Positions 9,563 to 19,266 of a DNA stretch of 64,000 nucleotides are shown in pieces; the stretch's first letter is position 1; each line of letters opens with the position of its first letter. The notes beneath the pieces are model-generated. The model did not search any database. It was not told the DNA's origin and was given only the letters and a program-made list of their open reading frames with translations. The stretch is taken from the sequence record OR352947.1; one strand, given 5' to 3'. Position numbers and translations under genes: made by a program. The DNA comes from Escherichia phage AV117.

Positions 9563-9845
9563 GAGAAATAATTCCTTGGTAAGCCCAATAAGGAGGATTA
9601 ACAGAATCCTCGCCAGAGTTTTCTTCAGGAAAATAAACCTGGATAACAAATCCAGATGCATCAAAGGTAAAATAAACCGTAGGCAGTTCACCTAACAATT
9701 CGGCGCGAGCATTAATTTCTTCGAGATCTCGTTCACGTCCAGCCCAAAAACTAGGATTTAGACTACATTCATAGAAATAATAGTCATTACCGAACATATC
9801 AAAACCTTTCCAACTCTCTACCACATACTGCTCAAAACTAATCAT
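9528..9845 (-). CDS. Hypothetical acidic protein
   Basis: 105-aa ORF between nrdG and nrdH. Confidence 0.5.
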   Translation of the reverse strand: MISFEQYVVESWKGFDMFGNDYYFYECSLNPSFWAGRERDLEEINARAELLGELPTVYFTFDASGFVIQVYFPEENSGEDSVNPPYWAYQGIISRGTKLELKEQD

Positions 9846-9847
9846 AA

Positions 9848-10087
9848 TTAAGCCTTTTTATCAAGAACAGAATTCAGTTTATTAGTAATTTTGTCCAAAC
9901 GTTCATTGAATTCGCTGGAGGATAAACCCTTTTCCGGAGAAATTAAACTAATCACGAAAAATACACCAGTAAAAGGAATAAGAAAAATAGCTCCAACTGC
10001 CATAAACAAAAAGAACGTTACAGTTGTAAGAAAATCAGCTAAACCTTTACGAAATTTATACATATTTACCCTTAATTGATTAACCAA
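9848..10087 (-). CDS. Hypothetical membrane protein
   Basis: 79 aa with a hydrophobic segment FLFMAVGAIFLIPFTGVFFVISLI. Confidence 0.5.
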   Translation of the reverse strand: MVNQLRVNMYKFRKGLADFLTTVTFFLFMAVGAIFLIPFTGVFFVISLISPEKGLSSSEFNERLDKITNKLNSVLDKKA

Positions 10088-10177
10088 ACATTGATAAACA
10101 CTAAACTATATTGCGAATAAAATTCTGGACCAAAACGAAAAATCATATCATTTATAGTATCCATAGTGTAATTCAAT

Positions 10178-10648
10178 TTAATCATGTTTCCACACCCCAT
10201 CGGTATTTGACCAAAGTCGCTGATTATCTGATCCTCGCCACAGTTTTTTGGTCGGAAGATTTTTCTCATACTTCCCATCAATAATAACATCAACATATTT
10301 AAGCATTTCTAGTTGTTTAATATCTTCAAACTTGTACCCTGTCCACAACCAAATGCTTTTATTGGGATAAAGATTTTTTACTGTTTGAGCAATGCAATGA
10401 ACAACATCTCTGTTATCAGGATAAAGAGGGTCTCCTCCAGTTATAGTTAATCCTTCTATATAATCATTATTCAAACATTCAATTAATTGCTCTAGTGTTT
10501 CACCAGTGAATGGAATACCATTTCTAGCGTTCCATGTTGATTTATTATAACACCCTTCACATTTATGCAAACAACCTGTAACGAAAAGAACGACCCTGCA
10601 TCCAGGGCCATTCACAAAATCACAGGGATAAAATCTATCATAATTCAT
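10178..10648 (-). CDS. nrdG: Anaerobic ribonucleotide reductase activating protein NrdG (radical SAM)
   Basis: 156 aa with CLHKCEGC cluster motif; coupled to nrdD. Confidence 0.9.
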   Translation of the reverse strand: MNYDRFYPCDFVNGPGCRVVLFVTGCLHKCEGCYNKSTWNARNGIPFTGETLEQLIECLNNDYIEGLTITGGDPLYPDNRDVVHCIAQTVKNLYPNKSIWLWTGYKFEDIKQLEMLKYVDVIIDGKYEKNLPTKKLWRGSDNQRLWSNTDGVWKHD

Positions 10649-12462
10649 TGGTGTTTAACCCTATGCATGATTTCTTTATTTTTGCCGAGATTAAATCCAC
10701 GTTCATTCGGATTTCCAAGATAACCGCATGTTCTTCTTATTGTGTTCATCTTTTTAGGATCAGTTTCTCCACAAATAGAACAAACAAATCCGTTTTCGGT
10801 AGGAGTCATTTCATGGGTACTTCCACACGTAAAACATTTATCTACTGGCATATTAACACCAAAATAATCTAAATGTTGCGCAGCATAATCCCAGACAGCC
10901 TCAAGACCTTTTAGGTTATTTTTCATATCAGGAAGTTCAACATAAGAAATGTGTCCACCGGTCGCAATGAAATGATATGGGGCTTCGCGAGAAATCTTTT
11001 CAAACGGAGTAATATTTTCTTCTACTGAAACGTGGAAACTATTAGTGTACCAGCCTTTATCAGTAACATCTTTTACACTTCCATATTTTTCGATATCAAG
11101 TTTACAGAAGCGATAGCACAGGTTTTCAGCAGGTGTAGAATACAAGCTAAAAGCAAAACCGGTTCTTTCGGTCCACTGCTTAAGACGAGCATTCATTTTA
11201 GTTAAAATTTCCTTTCCAATATCACGACCGACAAGAATATTCAATTCGTGAATACCAATGTATCCTAAGGACACTGAACTTCTACCGTTTTTAAATAACT
11301 CAATTATATCGTCCTCAGGTTTAAGACGAACCCCGAATGCACCTTCTTGGTAAAGAATAGGAGCAACAGTAGCTTTAACTCCTTTTAAGGAACTAATTCT
11401 ACACATCAAAGCTTCAAAACACAGATCCATTCGTTCATTAAATAGCTCAACAAATTTCTGTTCATTGAATTGTGTTCCAATATAAGAATCTAACGCAATA
11501 CGAGGAAGATTCAGTGTTACAACACCAAGATTATTACGTCCATCAAGAATTTCATTACCGGTCGAATCTTTCCATACGCTCAAGAAACTACGGCAACCCA
11601 TTGGAGAAACAGGAACAGATGAACCGGTGATAGCTTTATTATTCTTAACTGAAATAATATCAGGATACATTCTTTTGCTTGCGCATTCTAAAGCAAGCTG
11701 CTTAATATCATAGTTCGGGTCGTCTTTATAAAGATTGACACCCTCTTCAACGAACATAACAAGTTTAGGGAAAATAGGAGTTATTCCATCACGACCAAGA
11801 CCTTTGATACGATTTTTCAGAATTGCTTTCTGAATCATTCGTTCAGTCCAGTCAGTTCCCGTGCCAAATGTAATTGTTACAAAAGGCGTTTGTCCGTTTG
11901 AACTAAAGAGAGTATTTACTTCGTATTCATACGCTTGGAATGCATCGTATACGTCTTTTTCTGTTTTAGATTGGGCATAATTCAACGCATCAGCGATTTG
12001 CCATTTTTCTGCATCCTCAATATGTTTTGCATAGGTGCGTTTAACATAAGGAGAAAGTACTTTATCTACATTAGCAAAAGTCGTTCCGCCGTACTGATGT
12101 GAAGCAACTTGTGCAGTAATTTGTGCCATAATTGCAGTAGCAACGCCGATTGATTTAGGAGTTTCAATTTGAGCATTGCCTAATTTAAATCCATTCTCAA
12201 GCATCCCCTTTAAATCGACTAAACAGCAATTAGTAAATGGAAGAGCAGGAGAATAATCAATATCATGGAAATGGATAATTCCGCTTTCATGTGCTTTCAT
12301 AATAAAAGACGGGACCATATTTTTGGCAATGTGCTTAGACACAATACCAGCCATAAGGTCCCGTTGAGTTGGAAAAACACGAGAATCTTTATTAGCATTC
12401 TCGTTCAAAAGATCTTTATTAGTTTTATGAATTAATCCTTCAATTTCTTTTTCAATTTTCAT
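10645..12462 (-). CDS. nrdD: Anaerobic ribonucleoside-triphosphate reductase NrdD (intronless)
   Basis: 605 aa; C-terminal glycyl-radical motif RRTCGYLG and C-x2-C...C-x2-C zinc ribbon; single uninterrupted ORF. Confidence 0.9.
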   Translation of the reverse strand: MKIEKEIEGLIHKTNKDLLNENANKDSRVFPTQRDLMAGIVSKHIAKNMVPSFIMKAHESGIIHFHDIDYSPALPFTNCCLVDLKGMLENGFKLGNAQIETPKSIGVATAIMAQITAQVASHQYGGTTFANVDKVLSPYVKRTYAKHIEDAEKWQIADALNYAQSKTEKDVYDAFQAYEYEVNTLFSSNGQTPFVTITFGTGTDWTERMIQKAILKNRIKGLGRDGITPIFPKLVMFVEEGVNLYKDDPNYDIKQLALECASKRMYPDIISVKNNKAITGSSVPVSPMGCRSFLSVWKDSTGNEILDGRNNLGVVTLNLPRIALDSYIGTQFNEQKFVELFNERMDLCFEALMCRISSLKGVKATVAPILYQEGAFGVRLKPEDDIIELFKNGRSSVSLGYIGIHELNILVGRDIGKEILTKMNARLKQWTERTGFAFSLYSTPAENLCYRFCKLDIEKYGSVKDVTDKGWYTNSFHVSVEENITPFEKISREAPYHFIATGGHISYVELPDMKNNLKGLEAVWDYAAQHLDYFGVNMPVDKCFTCGSTHEMTPTENGFVCSICGETDPKKMNTIRRTCGYLGNPNERGFNLGKNKEIMHRVKHQ

Positions 12463-12932
12463 TTTAAACTCTTTCTAAGCTGCTTTTTGAATGAAGCTAT
12501 TAATTGTGTTTTGGTATCAGATTCATTATATTCAAATCCTCTTTGAAGCATCTCAGCCATCATTTCCTCTTTACCTAGTCTTGAGAACTCTTTAGTTTTG
12601 TCTGGAACAAAATTAGGATGGATATTATTATCAGAATAATCTTGTTTCAAATAAGCAAGAAGAGCTTCAAGCCATTCGAGGTAGTCGACATCACGTCCTT
12701 TAAGACCGGAACGGTTGAACTTATGCTTCATTTGACCTTCTGCTGCGTTGCACAGATTACAGAGTAACCCACGAACTCTACCGGCTTGTGGCCCGTTTAA
12801 TTCGTGGTCGTGGTCAAGGTGGTTACCTTGAACATCAGGGTCTAATTCACGGTGGCAAATAGGACACTTACCGTTCTGTGCATCATAAAATTTTTGTTTT
12901 TCTTCTTTATATTTTGCGCCTGATAATAACAT
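12459..12932 (-). CDS. 49: Endonuclease VII (Holliday junction resolvase) gp49
   Basis: 157 aa, MLLSGAKYKEEKQKFYDAQNGKCPICHREL...HLDHDHELNG...; sequence matches T4 gp49. Confidence 0.85.
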   Translation of the reverse strand: MLLSGAKYKEEKQKFYDAQNGKCPICHRELDPDVQGNHLDHDHELNGPQAGRVRGLLCNLCNAAEGQMKHKFNRSGLKGRDVDYLEWLEALLAYLKQDYSDNNIHPNFVPDKTKEFSRLGKEEMMAEMLQRGFEYNESDTKTQLIASFKKQLRKSLK

Positions 12933-12961
12933 GATAAACCCTTACCTTAAATAGATAAGGG

Positions 12962-12969
12962 TATTTATA
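12962..12969 (-). promoter_or_regulatory. Late promoter TATAAATA upstream of gene 49
   Basis: Exact TATAAATA on the minus strand about 30 nt upstream of the gp49 ATG. Confidence 0.5.
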
Positions 12970-12971
12970 AT

Positions 12972-13151
12972 TTAGTAAACGTTATAAAAGTCTCGATGAA
13001 AACGTTTATATTGGCGAATCATTCTTTTAGTAGGACGTGTTACCGAAATGATTGAAGTCCTCATGTTCGGATTGTTTGGAGCACCAATTATAACAAATTT
13101 CCAAGATTTTTGACCGTTTGTTCTTTCGCCAAAAAATAATGCAGTTTTCAT
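12972..13151 (-). CDS. Small basic protein (59 aa), paralogue of 13576-13746
   Basis: Hand translation MKTALFFGERTNGQKSWKFVIIGAPNNPNMRTSIISVTRPTKRMIRQYKRFHRDFYNVY; shares the VTRPTKR...HR.FY motif with the second copy. Confidence 0.35.
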   Translation of the reverse strand: MKTALFFGERTNGQKSWKFVIIGAPNNPNMRTSIISVTRPTKRMIRQYKRFHRDFYNVY

Positions 13152-13160
13152 AATAAGCCC

Positions 13161-13574
13161 TTAACTTAAACGTCTTTCTAAATATTCAATGTATTCCGCT
13201 GCGGCTTGCATCAGATTACCTTCATAACCGTCATTATTTTCTTGGGCGGCTAATTTAGCTAAAGCATAAGAAATACGTTCACCTTCGAATTCGCCAAGTC
13301 CACCATCACAAACTACTTGGTCAATTTCTTCGAGTTCATCTATTGAATGGGATTCCCAGAAGCACCAAAGAGAAGTATCACGGTCATAGATGCAAAGTTT
13401 CTCACCTGTGTTCAACATCACTTCGATAATGCCATGGTCGCCATAACCATCTTCGGCAGTAGTACCAATTACCTTGATGATCGTATCTTTCTTTAATTCG
13501 GGAAACTTATCTTGGAGTTCTTCGTCTTCTTTAACAATCTTGAACCATTTACCGCGAGTTTCAGAAATATTCAT
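13161..13574 (-). CDS. Hypothetical acidic protein
   Basis: 137-aa ORF flanked on both sides by the paralogous small basic ORFs. Confidence 0.5.
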   Translation of the reverse strand: MNISETRGKWFKIVKEDEELQDKFPELKKDTIIKVIGTTAEDGYGDHGIIEVMLNTGEKLCIYDRDTSLWCFWESHSIDELEEIDQVVCDGGLGEFEGERISYALAKLAAQENNDGYEGNLMQAAAEYIEYLERRLS

Positions 13575-13575
13575 A

Positions 13576-13746
13576 TCAATATTCTCTATAAAAGTTACGA
13601 TGAGAACGTTTAGCTTTGCGAAGCTGACGTTTAGTAGGACGAACTGTAAATGGTTGTCCAGAGAAAAAATTTGGTTCAGTTTTAATCAACACATACCAAT
13701 CGTGTTCGCCGCTTTTTAATAAACGATATAACAATTTAACTTGCAT
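13576..13746 (-). CDS. Small basic protein (56 aa), paralogue of 12972-13151
   Basis: MQVKLLYRLLKSGEHDWYVLIKTEPNFFSGQPFTVRPTKRQLRKAKRSHRNFYREY; DNA-level similarity too (shared tttagtaggacg block). Confidence 0.35.
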   Translation of the reverse strand: MQVKLLYRLLKSGEHDWYVLIKTEPNFFSGQPFTVRPTKRQLRKAKRSHRNFYREY

Positions 13747-13874
13747 AATAATCTCTTCCAATTTCCAAATCAATCATATCGTTTACTGTAGGTTCATCAT
13801 AACACGTTTCTTCGTCGTTGTAAACTGTTTCGACGTCTGGCTCGACAGTTTCCCATCGAGCCGAATACCATGGT

Positions 13875-14231
13875 TTAACCCCGGAGTTTATTGAGCTCTT
13901 CATAATCAATCCAGGATTCTAGCCCTGACGGCAGGTCACATTCAATGTTCCACAGAAGCTCTTCAACGGCTTGCAGGCGATTATATTCTTCAACGGTAAT
14001 GGTAACCATTGGTGCAACCGGTTCCGCCTTTTTAACCATCATATCGTTCATCAGGACGTAAAGGTCATCACGAACGACGGTGTCGTTCCAACCCCATGAT
14101 TTGGCTTCGTAAGCTAATGATGAAGGGAGCACATTTAAAACTTCAATAATAGTTGGAGCATCAGGACCAAGTTCATTGGCACAAACTTCGTATACATCTT
14201 GGAAATCTTTAAGATTTAATGAATATGTCAT
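13875..14231 (-). CDS. Hypothetical protein
   Basis: 118-aa ORF coupled to nrdC. Confidence 0.5.
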   Translation of the reverse strand: MTYSLNLKDFQDVYEVCANELGPDAPTIIEVLNVLPSSLAYEAKSWGWNDTVVRDDLYVLMNDMMVKKAEPVAPMVTITVEEYNRLQAVEELLWNIECDLPSGLESWIDYEELNKLRG

Positions 14232-14491
14232 TTAAAATATTCTCGCAGTTGGTCAAATCCACCAATATGACTTCCATCAGGAGCAAACACTTGAGGCATA
14301 GTCAATCCGACTTGTGATTCACGTCCAAGCTTAACCAGAAGCTCAGCAATTTTCTCATCATCAAAAACACCTTTTTCTGGCATAACATTAATGAATTCGA
14401 ATGGCTGTTTCTTAACAGTCAGCAATCGTTTCGCATTATCACAATAAATGCATTTATGAATAGTAGAGTCATACCCGTACACTTTAAACAT
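14228..14491 (-). CDS. nrdC: Thioredoxin/glutaredoxin NrdC
   Basis: 87 aa from ATG 14491 (MFKVYGYDSTIHKCIYCDNAKRLL...), SD AAAGGA; CxxC motif; sequence matches T4 NrdC. Confidence 0.8.
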   Translation of the reverse strand: MFKVYGYDSTIHKCIYCDNAKRLLTVKKQPFEFINVMPEKGVFDDEKIAELLVKLGRESQVGLTMPQVFAPDGSHIGGFDQLREYFK

Positions 14492-14897
14492 TATTTTTCC
14501 TTTCATCGATTAAATATGTAATGCCAAATACAATACATGTAATAAAACCTGTGATACAGATAGAAACCAACAACACTGTACCAAAGAACCAAATCAAGTT
14601 ATCTTTAGTAGTTTGTTTGATATCCATCTCACGAATTTCTATAGCTATCGTATCACCTTTATTCAGAAGCGTATAAAACGACGGTGATACATGCCTGTCA
14701 AAAACACGGCCTTGTTCATCTTTATAAACTGCAATAAATTCCAATTTAGAATATTTTCCTGTAGATTGGCCTGAGATTAATTCCACTACCTCCACAGGAA
14801 TTACTTTAGTTTCCATGTAAGTATTCTGGCTGTTCCAAATGAATGGAATAATAGCAAAAACTAAAGCTGCGATAAAACAACGAAGGCTATATCTCAT
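14484..14897 (-). CDS. Hypothetical membrane protein
   Basis: 137 aa with N- and C-terminal hydrophobic segments. Confidence 0.5.
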   Translation of the reverse strand: MRYSLRCFIAALVFAIIPFIWNSQNTYMETKVIPVEVVELISGQSTGKYSKLEFIAVYKDEQGRVFDRHVSPSFYTLLNKGDTIAIEIREMDIKQTTKDNLIWFFGTVLLVSICITGFITCIVFGITYLIDERKNNV

Positions 14898-15202
14898 TAT
14901 AATGTTCTCTCAAATTTGTGGAAGCATTTACGGCATTTCAATTTCAAGTTATCAGTGGTCCAGTTAACCAGTTGGACTTGGATAGTTCCACATTCCGGGC
15001 ACGGATGTTTTGCTGCCGTTTTGGCAGCATTTTCACGTCGTTCAACCATTTTCATTATTTCGTTCCATGCCGGAGGAACGAACTCTCCTTCACCGTGGAT
15101 TTTATCTCGCTGAACAAATTCAATCTTTGAACTATCGTCAATAAACTTAACCAAGCCGTGATTAGTGCTCATATCAATATCCTCTAAAAGACGTAGTTTC
15201 AT
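14897..15202 (-). CDS. Hypothetical zinc-ribbon protein
   Basis: 101 aa with CPECG...CRKC. Confidence 0.5.
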   Translation of the reverse strand: MKLRLLEDIDMSTNHGLVKFIDDSSKIEFVQRDKIHGEGEFVPPAWNEIMKMVERRENAAKTAAKHPCPECGTIQVQLVNWTTDNLKLKCRKCFHKFERTL

Positions 15203-16146
15203 TATAAAACCTCAATGGCATTTCGTAAACCATCAGCTTTTGCATTCAGAGCTTTTAATGATTTAGTTTGTTCTGCAATCTGGGCTTCGACTTCTTTCAG
15301 GCGAGATTTGAGATATTCGCGTTCTTCTCTTAAGTTATCAACTTTTTCTGCTTTAGGCTCTTTAATAGGCTTATACTCGTTAGGGTTCTTCAACTTAATT
15401 TGAATGCGAGAACTGTATAACATTGAACCATTATCTTCGGTTTCATCATACATTTCTACCACGTCCATGATTCTTAACATCATGCGAAGTTTATAAGACA
15501 GCGAACGAATGGTTTTGTTGTGCTTATTAATTTCTTCGGCTTTCATGGTACCGAGATTACGTGAGTAGTAATAAGGAACCTGGATATCAATTGATAATGA
15601 TGCGGTACCATTACCTGTTGGTTTGAACACTGCAGTAACCCAATCTTTAGCATGAACTGTATTTGTACGATCATCGCCACCTGTGAATAATTTACGTGAA
15701 TGTTTAAAAAGCATATTCACTTGGTTATTGAATTCACAAGCAAATTTATCAGCAAATTTAGTTTCAGGAATGGTAGTTAACCAATCAGCCAAATGAGTCT
15801 TTTTAACATCATTAACAATAGTGAATTCAACCAAATCGGTTTTAGATGTCACAGATTTAATAAAGCTCGGCTTCATAAAGTTTTTAATGTTATCGCGAGC
15901 TACAGTAGAAGATAATAAACGAGAACGTTTGAACCATTGAAGCAGTGTCCCTAATGAATGAGAATACGCATTCTGAGTATCTTTACAGATATGATTTTCT
16001 TGGCCTGTGTATGTACCAAAATCGCGAAGAATACCACTTACTACATCTCGGTGTGGAACATCAAATCCTAGTGCACCAGTAGCGCGCTGAGCATGAACGT
16101 TAGCGATAAGACCTGCAAAATAATCAATGTAATGTGAACGTGTCAT
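15202..16146 (-). CDS. Hypothetical protein with C-terminal coiled coil
   Basis: 314 aa; own early promoter; C-terminal heptad-rich region (LREEREYLKSRLKEVEAQIAEQTKSLKAL). Confidence 0.55.
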   Translation of the reverse strand: MTRSHYIDYFAGLIANVHAQRATGALGFDVPHRDVVSGILRDFGTYTGQENHICKDTQNAYSHSLGTLLQWFKRSRLLSSTVARDNIKNFMKPSFIKSVTSKTDLVEFTIVNDVKKTHLADWLTTIPETKFADKFACEFNNQVNMLFKHSRKLFTGGDDRTNTVHAKDWVTAVFKPTGNGTASLSIDIQVPYYYSRNLGTMKAEEINKHNKTIRSLSYKLRMMLRIMDVVEMYDETEDNGSMLYSSRIQIKLKNPNEYKPIKEPKAEKVDNLREEREYLKSRLKEVEAQIAEQTKSLKALNAKADGLRNAIEVL

Positions 16147-16174
16147 AATATTTTCCTCTCGTTAAGATAGAAAG

Positions 16175-16204
16175 ATTATACTCCAACCATCCTTGGTTGT
16201 AAAC
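16175..16204 (-). promoter_or_regulatory. Early promoter (GTTTAC-N18-TATAAT)
   Basis: Minus strand GTTTACaaccaaggatggttggagTATAAT, about 30 nt upstream of ATG 16146. Confidence 0.5.
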
Positions 16205-16208
16205 TGAT

Positions 16209-17141
16209 TTATGATTTTAATGCATTCATTGCGTTAAAAAGTTTAGAGTACTGCAACTGGAGCTTGGTAACTACTTGTTGAGCATCACGAAGCTTAGCTT
16301 GTGCTTTGTCAAGTTCAACAGACAGTTGGTCCGCAGTGGCTTTGATTTGATTATAATAGTAATCTTCGGCAGGAAGAAGACCGTTAGAGATTTCCAGTTT
16401 AGTCGACGGTGTGCCATTAAACATAACAGGTTGTGCTGAAGCCGCATTAATCTTACCGATAGTCGGGGCGACAATAATTGACGCTTCGAACGTTGCATTT
16501 TCCTTTTTAAGATTTTTATAATATTCAGAGTCTTTGTGCCACCATGGCGCAGGAACCTTTTTACCAATAGATACACGAGCCTGGATAGCGATATGGCCCT
16601 TATTCTTGATAACGTCGATAATATTAAGCTCACGAGAATAAATTGCTTTAATCTGGTAAATATTATCACCTAACACTTCCAACGCTTGGTGGAATACACG
16701 AGCAACGTTATCATTCTTAGGTTTATACGTAAGAGTGAACTCGTTCTCACTGATAACCATGATTTCTAACTTATCGTAAGTATATTTCAAATGTTTCATG
16801 TTAATTGCTTGAGGACGAATACGAGAAGCAATGGCCATCAGATTGTTAAGGTTATTTCTGAACTGTTTAGCAAAATATTGTCCTTCACCGCCAATACAAA
16901 AATTACGAAGTTTCTGTTTGGCTAATAAACGACTGAACTCGCCATTTTTAATGAACTCTTTAACTGGTGTGTTAGTAACGCATTCAAATTGAGTAAACTT
17001 ACGAGAAGTAATCCCATAATATGAACAGATTTCCTCAATCTCTTCAGGAGTCTTTACAGGCATACGGATAGGATTAGGTCCTGGGGTATATGCGTTCGAG
17101 GTAAATTCTTTGATAAGTTCTCTACGTGTAATAAAAGCCAT
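16209..17141 (-). CDS. Hypothetical protein with C-terminal coiled coil
   Basis: 310 aa; SD GAGGAATAT; C-terminal LSVELDKAQAKLRDAQQVVTKLQLQY. Confidence 0.55.
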   Translation of the reverse strand: MAFITRRELIKEFTSNAYTPGPNPIRMPVKTPEEIEEICSYYGITSRKFTQFECVTNTPVKEFIKNGEFSRLLAKQKLRNFCIGGEGQYFAKQFRNNLNNLMAIASRIRPQAINMKHLKYTYDKLEIMVISENEFTLTYKPKNDNVARVFHQALEVLGDNIYQIKAIYSRELNIIDVIKNKGHIAIQARVSIGKKVPAPWWHKDSEYYKNLKKENATFEASIIVAPTIGKINAASAQPVMFNGTPSTKLEISNGLLPAEDYYYNQIKATADQLSVELDKAQAKLRDAQQVVTKLQLQYSKLFNAMNALKS

Positions 17142-17167
17142 TTTATATTCCTCATGTTGAAAAATTT

Positions 17168-17197
17168 ATTATACTCCAACCATCCCTGGTTGTACAT
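17168..17197 (-). promoter_or_regulatory. Early promoter (TGTACA-N18-TATAAT)
   Basis: TATAAT with upstream TGTACA; shares the ccaaccatcc..tggttgta core with the promoter at 16175. Confidence 0.45.
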
Positions 17198-18192
17198 CAT
17201 TCCTTAAGAAGTTTTACTACTTGAATAAGATTAGCTCGTTCCGTTTTATTTTTACCATTTAAGCCTGCTAATCGTGAGATTTCATCATCAGTCTGTTGAA
17301 TAGTTACATTAAGTTCGTTAATCAAAGCTTCAAAGTATTTGATTTGCTCAGCATGTTTTGATTCAAATTTCTGAACCGGAATAACGTCTTGGTTCAGTTC
17401 ATCAATAAGGTCTTTAAGAGCATCTTCTTGGTTGATATCATATTCAACTTCTTTTATTTCTTCAACGAGCTCGTCTTTATATCTAACGTCTTTTAGTCCT
17501 GGTGCTGGTCCTGAAATCTCTTCTTTAAGAGTACAAACATATCCAATACGGTATCCAATGCCGTCTCGCTTGATATCAACTTCGTCAATAAATCCACAAT
17601 GTTTAAGACCAGAGCCGATTAGGTCAAAATATCCTTGACGTCGTCCTTCAAACGTTACACGAACTACTAAGACAGTTTTACCTGCAACCTTTTGAAGCTC
17701 ACATTTATAAAAGTTTGTTGAACCTGAATACCGTGGATGAGTTTTAAAGTTCATCTGACGATCTAGGCCCATTTGTAAGCGTGCTGATACGGCCATAAAA
17801 CGTGTTTGGTTCTCGTTAAGATGAGCAACAATCCATTTCAAAGGCATTTTACACTGTTCACGACCGAACAAATCAGTACGTCCTAGATTACGCAGAATGT
17901 TGTTAGAGTTAATCATCGACAGAACGTTAAGTTTATTCAGCGCGCTGAAGATTCCATCAGCCATTGATTTTCCGTAACCTTTACACGCTTTAATAAGCGC
18001 TCGCGGTAGATTAGTATAAATTTCAGACGGCATATGAAAATCAAATTTACTAGTCAGTAATTGATGAACTTGGATAGCAATTTGCTCATAATTAAGTGCT
18101 CTGCGATCATTATGGTCTTTAAACCACACTTTAATCTGTGAAGCACATAAACCGTTAATTTCATGTTTTACCGCATCAGATGTAATGCTCAT
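17197..18192 (-). CDS. Hypothetical protein with C-terminal coiled coil
   Basis: 331 aa; SD GAGGAAATAG; C-terminal heptad region; upstream TATAAT with a MotA-box-like CGCTTTA. Confidence 0.55.
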   Translation of the reverse strand: MSITSDAVKHEINGLCASQIKVWFKDHNDRRALNYEQIAIQVHQLLTSKFDFHMPSEIYTNLPRALIKACKGYGKSMADGIFSALNKLNVLSMINSNNILRNLGRTDLFGREQCKMPLKWIVAHLNENQTRFMAVSARLQMGLDRQMNFKTHPRYSGSTNFYKCELQKVAGKTVLVVRVTFEGRRQGYFDLIGSGLKHCGFIDEVDIKRDGIGYRIGYVCTLKEEISGPAPGLKDVRYKDELVEEIKEVEYDINQEDALKDLIDELNQDVIPVQKFESKHAEQIKYFEALINELNVTIQQTDDEISRLAGLNGKNKTERANLIQVVKLLKE

Positions 18193-18254
18193 AACTATTT
18201 CCTCAGATTGAATTGGAACTCAAAACCATTATAACCCGTCCTTGGGTAAAGCGT

Positions 18255-18782
18255 TTATGCGTGAACCGTCTTTAAACGTTCTTCAAATTTCCGAAGAGTA
18301 CTAATACGTTCTGCTTTCTGTTTTGTATAGTTTGCAATACGTTCTGAAGTGAGAGCGTATCGTTCATTTACTGTTTCTTTCATGAAGTCAGGGATTTCAC
18401 GAGAAGCTTTAATTTCATCAAACTTATCGAGTACTGCCTGGTCTTCAGCGATTAAATTTTCGTACATCTCGATATCTTTCTTGATAAACTCGATATCTTC
18501 CTGGGTTACTTTGGATAAACGAGATGCTTTATCCTTTTTGTACTGCTCGTTAGTTTCACGAGACCAGAATAATGTACGTTTTTTGTTAGTGTTTTTGTAG
18601 ACTTCCACAATTCCAACTGAATCGATGATAGCAATCCAATTCCAGCGAGATTTGAAAATCTGACCTCCGTCTACGGTAATCTCGTTACCATAAGCAACGT
18701 CATTAAAGAACTTGCTTTGTGCTTCAGATTTAAATTTACCGTCGTTATAATTTACCAGGTTGAAAATATCTTTAGCGTTCAT
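18255..18782 (-). CDS. Hypothetical protein
   Basis: 175 aa; SD GGAGGTAAAAC; early promoter at 18810-18838. Confidence 0.5.
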   Translation of the reverse strand: MNAKDIFNLVNYNDGKFKSEAQSKFFNDVAYGNEITVDGGQIFKSRWNWIAIIDSVGIVEVYKNTNKKRTLFWSRETNEQYKKDKASRLSKVTQEDIEFIKKDIEMYENLIAEDQAVLDKFDEIKASREIPDFMKETVNERYALTSERIANYTKQKAERISTLRKFEERLKTVHA

Positions 18783-18809
18783 GTTTTACCTCCAGTAGTT
18801 GATAGGTCT

Positions 18810-18838
18810 ATAATAACATAACCATAGACCTTGTAAAC
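18810..18838 (-). promoter_or_regulatory. Early promoter (GTTTAC-N17-TATTAT) with inverted repeat AGGTCTAT/ATAGACCT
   Basis: Minus strand GTTTACaaggtctatggttatgtTATTATagacctatc. Confidence 0.5.
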
Positions 18839-18840
18839 AA

Positions 18841-19128
18841 CTAAAAGAAACTTTTTTCGGTATTTTTTCCACTGAACCAAACCGATTTCGGAATTTTCTG
18901 TAATTTTTCAGATTTAAGTTTCTCTTCCTGTTCTTTCTTATATGCATCCTTGTCGTACTGGAACAACTCTAGGGCATTCTTTTGCAAACGATCTAAGGTA
19001 ATTAAGGCTTTAGTTTTTCCTTTCAAGGAAGAGTCCTGGCGAACCTCCTCGCTGTATTGCATCGTAGAACTAACCATACGATGAGCATACAGTTCGACTG
19101 CGGCTTTAATTTTTTGCATAAAATCCAT
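18841..19128 (-). CDS. Hypothetical protein
   Basis: 95-aa lysine-rich ORF. Confidence 0.45.
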   Translation of the reverse strand: MDFMQKIKAAVELYAHRMVSSTMQYSEEVRQDSSLKGKTKALITLDRLQKNALELFQYDKDAYKKEQEEKLKSEKLQKIPKSVWFSGKNTEKSFF

Positions 19129-19266
19129 AACATATCCTCTTTGATTTGTATACCATTATTTTTAAATATTTCTATGCCCTCAGTAGGTTCCTGGTGTCCT
19201 TCTTTGAGGTAAGCCATATGATTATTCATCTTTATGGCTTTTGTTACCTCAGAACTTCCTATAAGC

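Noticed and set aside
9239-9691. Long N-terminal extension of the nrdH ORF (M1 at 9691)
   Set aside because: The extension overlaps 9528-9845 in another frame and is hydrophobic nonsense; the glutaredoxin domain begins near 9562, so a non-ATG start is more plausible.
10072-10296. 74-aa ORF overlapping the nrdG 3' end
   Set aside because: Out-of-frame overlap with a conserved gene and no ribosome-binding site.
19023-19229. 68-aa ORF overlapping the start of 18841-19128 in another frame
   Set aside because: It runs through the start codon and SD of the neighbouring gene and has Cys/Leu-rich low-complexity composition; more likely the 5' UTR of that gene.
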